From assembly GCA_037142195.1 (NCBI GenBank), contig JBAXBA010000080.1, positions 1 to 16,557 on the forward strand: DNA of 16,557 nucleotides. Reading direction: 5' to 3'. The stretch is from Pseudomonadota bacterium (GTDB lineage: Bacteria; Bdellovibrionota_B; Oligoflexia; Oligoflexales; CAIMVM01). A program made the translations under genes and the position numbers. The notes below the pieces were generated by a model. The model saw only the letters and a program-made list of their open reading frames with translations. It searched no databases and had not been told where the DNA came from. The stretch's first letter is position 1. Each line of letters starts with the position of its first letter. Shown piece after piece: positions 1 through 7,316 of the stretch.

Positions 1-58
1 GGCACGACGGGTTCTCAATGGGGGTGTCGCTAGGCGACTAGCGCATCTACCACCTGAT
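1..58 (+). mobile_element. 3' end of a group II intron or intron remnant: domain V 3' strand plus domain VI, truncated by the window edge
   Basis: GC-AC-GACGGGTTC (2-14) matches the domain V 3' strand pattern GC-AC(bulge)-9 nt ending GGTTC. It is followed by a domain VI-like hairpin: TGGGGGTG (19-26) pairs with CATCT(A)CCA (44-52) with A49 bulged, enclosing CGCTAG-GCGA-CTAGCG (28-43), a GNRA tetraloop. The AY end is at 52-53 or 57-58. Confidence 0.6.
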
Positions 59-93
59 CAACAACATAAAAAATCCTAGTTTTTGAAAGACTA

Positions 94-1176
94 TTAACTT
101 TTCTCTCTAGGTACTTTTCGTTCGATTTGTTTCGCCTTCTCGATTGCCTCATAAAAGTCAAGTTCGGCTAGACTGGGCTGATCACCATGAATTTGGGTAT
201 ACTTATCAAATTCCTGTGATGCTCTCGCTACAGCAGCTTCGTGGGATATTCTTCCGGCATTGGTCAGAATCTCACGTTCACTAAGCTTCAAAAAGTCATC
301 GAGTTTCCTGACCCAGTCGTTCATAAACATGGGTTTCCGCTGCTTTGCCTGAAGTTCAGCAAAATCAAGATAGAATGATACAATCCGGTTAAGAGTGTCC
401 AATTCGTCTGAGTTTAGATAGTTTTTTGCTACTTGGGTGTCAGTTCTCTTGGGCCGCTCCCCTTGCCAAGAAGTGAGGCCCATATTGGGCTTTGCAGCAT
501 CAGCACGCTCTGCAATAATCTCGGCAGCAGTTCGCCCATGGGCGGCCCAATGCATTTTATTTTGAATCACTTTAAAAAACTGGACAGATGAATCAATTTT
601 AGGATCGTAGTCAATGCTTGTAGCGTATATTTCCAAGACCTTCTTCCAAAAAACTTTTTCTGTAGACCTGATGTCACGAATACGGCTCAAAAGTTCATCA
701 AAATAGTTTCCGCCGCCAGGCTCTTTAAGGCGCTCGTCATCCATGGTAAATCCCTTGACGATGTATTCGCGCAGGCGCTCGGTAGCCCAAATACGGAACT
801 GCGTTCCACGGTGCGATTTTACACGGTAACCCACTGATATAATTACATCTAAGTTGTAGTGTTCGATCTCTCGGGCAATGGATCGAGTCCCTTCATTTTG
901 AACTGTTGCAAATTTTGCAACAGTTCGATCCAGGAGAAGCTCTCTCTCCTCAAAGACATTTGAAATATGTTTTGATATTGTGGACTTATCTCGCCCAAAC
1001 AATTCTGAAAGTTGATTCAGCGATAGCCAAACACTCTCGTTCTTAACTCGAACCTGAACCTTTGTCCGACCATCCTCCGTCTTATAGAGCAAGAATTCTC
1101 CGGAGCTAATCTCAGGGACAGTGATTTTGGTGCTCTTCGATTTTTTTCTAGCTAGCTTTGGACTCATTTTCACCAT
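94..1176 (-). CDS. RhuM-family (virulence RhuM) putative DNA-binding protein
   Basis: Family-typical motifs WLSLNQLSELF, TISKHISNVFEERE, YNLDVIISVGYRVKSHRGTQFRIWAT, IVKGFTMDDERLK, IRDIRSTEK, QNKMHWAAHGRTAAE and VAKNYL. Confidence 0.9.
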   Translation of the reverse strand: MVKMSPKLARKKSKSTKITVPEISSGEFLLYKTEDGRTKVQVRVKNESVWLSLNQLSELFGRDKSTISKHISNVFEERELLLDRTVAKFATVQNEGTRSIAREIEHYNLDVIISVGYRVKSHRGTQFRIWATERLREYIVKGFTMDDERLKEPGGGNYFDELLSRIRDIRSTEKVFWKKVLEIYATSIDYDPKIDSSVQFFKVIQNKMHWAAHGRTAAEIIAERADAAKPNMGLTSWQGERPKRTDTQVAKNYLNSDELDTLNRIVSFYLDFAELQAKQRKPMFMNDWVRKLDDFLKLSEREILTNAGRISHEAAVARASQEFDKYTQIHGDQPSLAELDFYEAIEKAKQIERKVPREKS

Positions 1177-1489
1177 CCGATTTAGTATCCGGTTAACTCT
1201 GGTTTCGAAGAATAATTTTTTTCAACTCAACAGCCCGTTCATGCCAATAGAAAATCGCAGCATAATGATGATCCTACAAAAATCTTGGCTGCCCAGGGTG
1301 TTGTTAGAACAGTCAAGCAAACTTCCACGGAATACTCACTATTTTGACCTTGAAATCCATGCAATTAAATTTGGGTAATTAGCCGGGCAAAGTAGTTTAA
1401 CCAACAAACATTTTGACATTGTCCCTCTTTAAGAAAAATAATGATAGCTCAACAATGTTAGGATTTTAACCCGATCTCAAATCTTCGCC

Positions 1490-2101
1490 TTAAGTATCTT
1501 GGATCGGGCAAGCTGGTCGATCTAAACACCGCTTGAGATAGTTCTCAACTCTTGGCGAGTTTTCCATGATGTCGAATTTCTTTCCCCAATTCAAGACGTA
1601 TGCCAGTGCAATATCGGCTACGGTAAACCATGGTCCGGTTACAAAACCTGACTCTGGCAAACACGTCTCAAGAATAGCAACTTTCTTTAGCCAATCAAAT
1701 CGAGCTGCGTCCTTTGCCTCTTGGCTACGAAGATGCTCAGGAAAAACCATCGAATGCCTGGCGATAGTCCAAAGTGGTTCCTCCAAATCGGTATGTGCGA
1801 GAAAAAACCATCTGTCGTGCTTGGCTCGCTCGATCGTACCTGGGTGCGGCGCCATGGAATGCTCTACATGCTTGTCGACCAGGTAATTAAGGATGGCTCC
1901 AGATTCCCAGATATACTCCTGATCCACTTGCAAAACAGGAAGTTTTCCAAATGGATTCATTTCGAGCAGCCGATTGTATTCAGGTGAATCCGGGCGCGGG
2001 CTCATGGGAACAATATCATGGGGTAGCGACATTTCTCTGAGTAACCAAACAATTTTAAGGTGCCTCATGCCACCCTTGCCATAGACTATGTATTTCATCA
2101 T
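1490..2101 (-). CDS. Glutathione S-transferase family protein
   Basis: NPFGKLPVL and ESGAILNYL in the N-domain, FTVADIAL in the C-domain; SD-like AAGGGAG just upstream. Confidence 0.92.
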   Translation of the reverse strand: MMKYIVYGKGGMRHLKIVWLLREMSLPHDIVPMSPRPDSPEYNRLLEMNPFGKLPVLQVDQEYIWESGAILNYLVDKHVEHSMAPHPGTIERAKHDRWFFLAHTDLEEPLWTIARHSMVFPEHLRSQEAKDAARFDWLKKVAILETCLPESGFVTGPWFTVADIALAYVLNWGKKFDIMENSPRVENYLKRCLDRPACPIQDT

Positions 2102-2326
2102 TTACTCCCTTGTGCCTAAAAAAGACACCTTTCCCTTATTTGAAAAAACTCCGTTTGAATCCACATCACCCACTTTAAACAAAGCAAACTCGATTTATAG
2201 CGGCATGTGAGACATAGAAAATACGCACACCTGCAACGTGTCAAGACAAATTACGATTTTGTACCGAATATTCGATTACCAAACATGGAAGCTTCCTTAG
2301 CTGAAACCTGTTTATAGATCCATCTT

Positions 2327-2434
2327 AAAAATAGTTCTCTCTGCATCACCGGTATGTAGCCAAGGGGAGCCGGTTTTTGAAAATCCTGCATCAAAATAGT
2401 CCTTGGTAAGACCGGGCCATAAAACTATGTTTTT
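2327..2434. other. Long imperfect intergenic hairpin (candidate structured RNA or DNA element)
   Basis: Nested complementary blocks: AAAAATAGTT 2327-2336 / AACTATGTTTTT 2423-2434 (one bulged G); CCGGT 2349-2353 / ACCGG 2411-2415; CCAAGG 2360-2365 / CCTTGG 2401-2406; TTTTGA 2375-2380 / TCAAAA 2391-2396. Confidence 0.4.
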
Positions 2435-2583
2435 GCATTTTTCTAGAGCACTGACATCATAAGGATATGCCCATATTCTGCCTAGAAATCGCAATCAGCG
2501 CGAAAAGAATTTTTTAGGAAGCCCCAAAGCCTCAGTCAAACGGGGGAACTTTTTTTGACAGAGTATTGACGCTGCGGGAGCCC

Positions 2584-3723
2584 TTAGTGGGATTTGGAGT
2601 CATCAGAGGGTTTTTGAGGGAGATTAATCCGAAATTCAGTTCCTATGCCCGATTCAGATTGGACGGTAATGGATCCCCCTTGATCTTCGACGATACTTTG
2701 AGCAATGGAAAGGCCTAGTCCTGTGCCCTTTCCTTTTGGCTTCGTTGTAAAGAAAGAATCAAATATATGTTCTAAATTCTCTTTAGAAATGCCCATTCCG
2801 GTATCAGAGATGGAAATGCATAGATTCGTAGAATCCAGCTCGGCATTAAGGATCAGATTTCTTATGGGACGAGTCTCCATAGCATCGCAAGCATTGGAAA
2901 GAAGGTTTACAATAACCTGTTCCATTCGATTCGGGCTAAGTATTACTGTGAGGTCTCTTCCTTTAATCTTGTTTTCTAATGTAACATTAGCGCCTTTAAT
3001 TTTTGATTCGACCATCAAGATGCAGTCGTCTATAAATAGTGACAAATCGATTTGAGTTGGCGATTCTTTCTCATTTCGAGAGTAGGAATGCAAGTGATCT
3101 GAAAGTTTTTGAATTCTGGCGGCAGCCCTTTCTATGGAAGATTGACATTTCTTTTGAAGGCCTACGTCACCTTTTTCGATGGCGCTTTTTAGAAAACTAT
3201 TGTTGTAGTTAGAGATCACAGTAAGTGGATTTCTTATGTCATGCATAATTCCCGCTGCGAGTTCTCCTACTGCAGCAAGCTTGCTGCTTTGAATCAATTG
3301 GGCTTTGAGGGCGTTAAGTTGACGCATGTCTCGAATGATCGAGAATGTGCGGGAGAACTGTCCTCCTTCATCGTATAGAGAAATGCTTCGAATCTCGACA
3401 TCGATAATCTCACCTGATTTGGTTAGAAGTTTAGACTCAATGTGAGCATTAAAGCCTTCAGTTTTAAGCTTTTGAAATCCTACTTTTACTCTTTTTGAAA
3501 TTTCTTCTGGGTAAATTTCAAAGACAGATTTACCCACTAGCTCAGCCTTAGAATAACCGAGCAAGTCCTCTGCCGCTCTATTAGTTGAGATTATAATCCC
3601 TTCGTTATCAACGGAGTGAATAATGTCCGGAAAATTTTCGACAATCTGCTCAAAAATAGATGCACTTAGGTTTTCTCCCAAAAAACCATGTAGCTTTAAA
3701 TTTTCCATTTTCTTAGGGGCCAT
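2584..3723 (-). CDS. Cytoplasmic PAS-domain sensor histidine kinase (PAS-HisKA-HATPase)
   Basis: N-terminal PAS (NRAAEDLLGYSKAELVGK...IRD), H-box HDIRNPL, N-box NLLSNACDA, G1 DTGMGI, F-box FDSFFTTK, G2 GTGLGL; no transmembrane segment. Confidence 0.93.
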   Translation of the reverse strand: MAPKKMENLKLHGFLGENLSASIFEQIVENFPDIIHSVDNEGIIISTNRAAEDLLGYSKAELVGKSVFEIYPEEISKRVKVGFQKLKTEGFNAHIESKLLTKSGEIIDVEIRSISLYDEGGQFSRTFSIIRDMRQLNALKAQLIQSSKLAAVGELAAGIMHDIRNPLTVISNYNNSFLKSAIEKGDVGLQKKCQSSIERAAARIQKLSDHLHSYSRNEKESPTQIDLSLFIDDCILMVESKIKGANVTLENKIKGRDLTVILSPNRMEQVIVNLLSNACDAMETRPIRNLILNAELDSTNLCISISDTGMGISKENLEHIFDSFFTTKPKGKGTGLGLSIAQSIVEDQGGSITVQSESGIGTEFRINLPQKPSDDSKSH

Positions 3724-3758
3724 GACTATCTAGTTTCCTCGCTTTGGAAGTCCTTGTA

Positions 3759-3786
3759 TTTTCGGAAGCCTCCCCTGTTTTATTGA
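3759..3786 (-). promoter_or_regulatory. Possible sigma28 (FliA)-like promoter of the histidine kinase gene
   Basis: The minus strand reads TCAA-N16-TCCGAAAA, ending 35 nt before the start codon; it loosely resembles TAAA-N15-GCCGATAA. Confidence 0.3.
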
Positions 3787-3918
3787 GATCGAACGGTTTT
3801 TTTTTAAAATTATCCTGTAATAACGGGATATTGAACTGGGACCTGACTGCCGGGCTCTATCTCTCGGCTTGCGACTGAAAGTGTGTTAAATTCCCTTTTC
3901 TATCTGGAGGGTATTTTA

Positions 3919-5100
3919 GTGGATATATTTTGGGGTGACATTTCCTTGGAACAATTCTTGAGCGAGTATTGGCAAAAAAAACCACTGCTCATGCGCGGCG
4001 CCCTGCCCTCATTCCAAACTCCTATCAGTCCAGATGAATTAGCGGGGCTCTCCACAGAGGAGGGTACCACCTCAAGGCTCGTAATCAGAAAAACTCTATC
4101 TGACTGGGAGGTGCGCTATGGACCCTTTGAAAATGAAGAGTTTTCAAAACTTCCTACTGAAAACTTCACACTCTTAGTTCAGGAAGTAGAATGTTACAGC
4201 CAGGAAGTCCTCCAGTTGAAAAGAAAATTTAGATTTCTTCCGGACTGGCGTATGGACGATGTGATGGTTAGCTACGCTGCAAATGGCGGCGGTGTGGGGC
4301 CTCACGTGGACTATTATGATGTCTTTTTAGTACAGGCAATGGGAAGAAGGCACTGGAAAATTGGAAAACTGTTAGATCATGAGCCTGAGTATAGGGAAGA
4401 CCTTGACCTGAGAATTATGAAAGAGTTTCATCCTGTAGAGGACTGGATACTAGAGCCAGGAGATATATTGTATTTACCTCCCATGGTTCCCCATGATGGT
4501 GTGGCTATTGGCGAAGCCATGACATTTAGCATGGGCTTTAGATCTCCAGCTTACGATGAAATGCTGGCCGCTTGGTCTCGGTCCATTGGTGTGGATATGC
4601 TTGAAAATCAGCGCTTTCATGGAGGTCAGTGGAAGCCGACATCCAAGCCAGGTGAAATTACTTATGAAGCCGTAAAGGAAGTGATTCAAATTCTTAACTC
4701 CTTTCCTAAGGAACCAACAGACGTTGCAAAATGGTTTGGGCGCTTAGTCACGTATCCTAAAAGGGGCGAACCCTCTGCGGAACTTACGGAACTACTCAAA
4801 AATGGTGTTCCCTCAGAAGAACTCCGCCTATTTGCCGAATCGTTTCGTGATGATATTTTTTATGAATGGAATGAACAAATCAGGCTAGCCTATTATCATT
4901 TGGAAGACGCGCTACTATGCTTTGTTGATGGAGAACTTTTCGAACTCCATCATTCCTTTACTCCGATGATGGAACTTCTTTCGGGAGAGCGAGAATTTGG
5001 AGTTAAGGAATTTAAAGCGTGGGCAAAAATTGAAGGAGCTCACGAGTTGCTTGCTGCCTTTGCAAGCTGCGGTATGATTCATGTGAATTTGCCTGAATAA
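3919..5100 (+). CDS. roxA: JmjC/cupin 2-oxoglutarate oxygenase, RoxA/YcfD (ribosomal protein uL16 3-hydroxylase) family
   Basis: FLSEYWQKKPLL, PDWRMDDVMVSYA..GGGVGPHVDYYDVFLVQ (HxD), LEPGDILYLPP..PHDG (distal His), SMGFRSP. Start placed at GTG 3919, which follows GGAGG at 3906-3910; the ORF track starts at 3883. Confidence 0.85.
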   Translation: MDIFWGDISLEQFLSEYWQKKPLLMRGALPSFQTPISPDELAGLSTEEGTTSRLVIRKTLSDWEVRYGPFENEEFSKLPTENFTLLVQEVECYSQEVLQLKRKFRFLPDWRMDDVMVSYAANGGGVGPHVDYYDVFLVQAMGRRHWKIGKLLDHEPEYREDLDLRIMKEFHPVEDWILEPGDILYLPPMVPHDGVAIGEAMTFSMGFRSPAYDEMLAAWSRSIGVDMLENQRFHGGQWKPTSKPGEITYEAVKEVIQILNSFPKEPTDVAKWFGRLVTYPKRGEPSAELTELLKNGVPSEELRLFAESFRDDIFYEWNEQIRLAYYHLEDALLCFVDGELFELHHSFTPMMELLSGEREFGVKEFKAWAKIEGAHELLAAFASCGMIHVNLPE

Positions 5101-5200
5101 AAAGAACCAATCGGTACACAAATGTAACCGTAATTCCATCTTTTGATATTCATTCATGCCAAAAAGGGGGGGATCGAGTCAATAGGGCTAGGGTTTCCCT

Positions 5201-5216
5201 TGGCACACCCGTTGCA
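5201..5216 (+). promoter_or_regulatory. Sigma54 -24/-12 promoter
   Basis: TGGCAC-ACCCG-TTGCA is an exact match to TGGCAC-N5-TTGCW and ends 53 nt before the DUF4360 start. Confidence 0.75.
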
Positions 5217-5269
5217 GTCTTCTTTCCTGAGAGACATTAATGGGACGCTAAAGTCCAAAGGAGGCACAG

Positions 5270-5890
5270 ATGATGAAGAGATTGGCAGTAGGTGCATGGT
5301 TACTTAGTTCTTTAAGTGCAATGGCGCAGGAAGGCCCAGATCCTACCCAAGTGTACATCAGAAACGTAATGGCAAATGGTTCCGGATGTCCCATTGGAAG
5401 CGTGGGATCAGATATCTCCCCTGATGCGAAAGCATTTACCCTAACTTTTAGCGAATATGCCGCTGAAATCGGACCTGGAATTCCTCTATCTGAAAGCCGA
5501 AAGAATTGCCAAGTTACAGTCGCCATGAATATTCCGAGCGGCTGGTCCTACACAGTTCTAAAAGTAGATTATAGAGGCTTCGCAGCTCTTGATGCAGGTG
5601 TTGTAGGGCAACAGCGTTCGACATACTACTTCCAAGGAGCAAGCGGTCGTACCAATTCGGGATCTTTGTTTACAAACATATATGGCCCCACAAGCAAAGA
5701 CTTCACGATTTCTGATAATGTAAAAATCAGTGATTATGTTTGGTCGCCTTGTGGTGTGACCCGCTCGCTAAATATAAACACGGAAGTGCGAGTTCAAGGC
5801 CGACCAGGCAGCCGCGGCTACATCACACAAGACTCGATTGATGGCGAGTTAACCCAGACATACGGTATATTCTGGCGCAGATGCAGCTAA
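5270..5890 (+). CDS. Secreted DUF4360-family protein
   Basis: Signal peptide (MMKRLAVGAWLLSSLSAMA); motifs NGSGCP.GS, FTLTFSEY, ESRKNCQ, DYRGFA.L, YYFQG, WSPCG, LNINT and terminal WRRC; SD AAGGAGG upstream. Confidence 0.85.
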   Translation: MMKRLAVGAWLLSSLSAMAQEGPDPTQVYIRNVMANGSGCPIGSVGSDISPDAKAFTLTFSEYAAEIGPGIPLSESRKNCQVTVAMNIPSGWSYTVLKVDYRGFAALDAGVVGQQRSTYYFQGASGRTNSGSLFTNIYGPTSKDFTISDNVKISDYVWSPCGVTRSLNINTEVRVQGRPGSRGYITQDSIDGELTQTYGIFWRRCS

Positions 5891-5929
5891 CTTAGAATTC
5901 CATTCTAAATGAAGTGAGTCACCAAAAGG

Positions 5930-5960
5930 CCTTCCAGAGATTGTAAAATTCTCTGGAAGG
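5930..5960. terminator. Hairpin between the convergent DUF4360 gene and thiL, probable intrinsic (possibly bidirectional) terminator
   Basis: CCTTCCAGAGA (5930-5940) / TCTCTGGAAGG (5950-5960) form an 11-bp perfect inverted repeat; a short T run follows on the minus strand. Confidence 0.7.
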
Positions 5961-6827
5961 TCATTGGTGTTCATAGCCTTTCCATAAACACACTTCTTTT
6001 TTTCCTTGCTCATTTATAAGTTCTAAGAGATTTGGTGTGTTCGTAATAAATCCAATTTCTAGGGCACCTAAATTTTCTATGGCTTTAGAACCTTCAGGCA
6101 GCTGAGCCGTAAAGAGAAGTTCAAAGTCTTCGCCTTCCGTAAGCGCTTGTTCCACATCATGGACACCTTCATGGAGTGGGATCTTGCTCGTAAAAATCTC
6201 CGCACCACACTGGCTCTGAGCCAGGATGTGACGAAGATCCGTTGCAAGACCGTCTGAAATATCAATCATGGATGTAAGAAAACCTGTATCTGCCAGCTGC
6301 TGTGCAAGCTTGGAGCGATCCGGAGGGCTTAAATGACGCCCTGAAGCTAAGCTACCTCCGAGTTTGCCTGTGACAAAAATGCGATTTCCTGCCCTTGCCC
6401 CATCTCTTCTGATAGAACCGCCCGAATGCGGGGACGCCAAGATGGTGACGGAAATGGTCGTAGCGGAATCGGTAAAATTGGTATCTCCTCCTAAAAGTAC
6501 AATGCCTTTTAGATCACAGATTTTTAGGAACTCTTTGAGAAACCTTGGAGCAAAATCAGGCAGTTGGCGTTGAATGGCCATGGAAAGGAGCACAGCCTTT
6601 GGGGTCCCCGCCATGGCGGAGACGTCGGATATATTAACGCCCATTGCTTTATGGGCAATTTGTTCAGGTGAATGGAGAGTGGACTTAAAGTGTTCCCCAT
6701 CTAGGATCATATCGCTGCTTGCCAAAAGCGAAGAAGCCGGCCAAAGAAGCTCTCCGCAGTCGTCCCCGATGGGGATGATGGTATCTTTTCTATCTATTGG
6801 GAGTAGGGAAATGATCTTTGATTCCAT
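5961..6827 (-). CDS. thiL: Thiamine-monophosphate kinase
   Basis: IGDDC, GEHF, NISDVSAMAG, GGDT, DISDGL, GEDFELLFT and C-terminal GYEH. Confidence 0.93.
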   Translation of the reverse strand: MESKIISLLPIDRKDTIIPIGDDCGELLWPASSLLASSDMILDGEHFKSTLHSPEQIAHKAMGVNISDVSAMAGTPKAVLLSMAIQRQLPDFAPRFLKEFLKICDLKGIVLLGGDTNFTDSATTISVTILASPHSGGSIRRDGARAGNRIFVTGKLGGSLASGRHLSPPDRSKLAQQLADTGFLTSMIDISDGLATDLRHILAQSQCGAEIFTSKIPLHEGVHDVEQALTEGEDFELLFTAQLPEGSKAIENLGALEIGFITNTPNLLELINEQGKKEVCLWKGYEHQ

Positions 6828-6893
6828 AGATGTTTGTACTCGCGAGCAATTAAGTTATGGATTACAGATAGATACCAATAATCCTGAGGCGCC

Positions 6894-6922
6894 TTGACGC
6901 AGGGGGTGAGGCGAGATAGGAT
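6894..6922 (+). promoter_or_regulatory. Sigma70-like promoter of the 110-aa hypothetical gene, overlapped by an inverted repeat
   Basis: TTGACG-N17-TAGGAT; AGATAGGAT (6914-6922) and ATCCTATCT (6941-6949) form a perfect 9-bp inverted repeat covering the -10 box. Confidence 0.5.
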
Positions 6923-6965
6923 CCCCCTCATTTTATGGAAATCCTATCTAAAAGGAAGGCAAAAC

Positions 6966-7298
6966 ATGGCCGATACCCCAAAAGTCGAACCTTGCCCAGA
7001 ATGGGCTCAAGTCATGATTGATCAACTTCTTCAAGTTGAGATCTATTTGGGAAATGTTTCAAAAGGACTGGAATGGAGCTCTGAGAGGCTCGAATCTGTT
7101 CTCAGAAAAGTCTATGCGGAAGAAAAAGGTGCGATCACGGAAGATGTCGCAGAGCTTCTTTTTTCTCGGATTGTTAGAGGATTAAGGATGGAAGGCGTAA
7201 GCGATGAAAAGATCGCAGAGTTTATGAATGCGCGTATAGGATACAAAGGAGGTCCTAAATATTGTGACGCCTCCGATGTGAAAGCGGTACTGAGTTAA
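6966..7298 (+). CDS. Hypothetical protein (110 aa), possible small helical DNA-binding protein
   Basis: ATG 6966 follows SD AAGGAAGG and the ORF fills the gap between thiL and gluQ. LRMEGVSDEKIAEFMN resembles an HTH-like GxSxxxIAxxLN segment. The ORF-track start at 6894 coincides with the predicted -35 box and is less likely. Confidence 0.75.
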   Translation: MADTPKVEPCPEWAQVMIDQLLQVEIYLGNVSKGLEWSSERLESVLRKVYAEEKGAITEDVAELLFSRIVRGLRMEGVSDEKIAEFMNARIGYKGGPKYCDASDVKAVLS

Positions 7299-7316
7299 TG
7301 CAGCCGCTGCTCATTT

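Noticed and set aside
2..79. Open frame-2 tail ARRVLNGGVARRLAHLPPDQQHKKS* as the end of an upstream gene
   Set aside because: No recognisable protein motif; the group II intron domain V/VI pattern explains the sequence better, although coding cannot be excluded.
1121..1378. 85-aa plus-strand ORF, and a possible attC-like GTTAGAA site near 1303
   Set aside because: The ORF overlaps the RhuM start antisense, has no SD and no motif. No convincing paired attC boxes or integrase were found.
2312..2494. 60-aa minus-strand ORF
   Set aside because: TTG start without SD and no motif; it overlaps the long hairpin, which is the better-supported feature.
6828..6965. TPP riboswitch upstream of thiL
   Set aside because: The conserved CUGAGA and ACCUGAU-type elements are absent on the minus strand.
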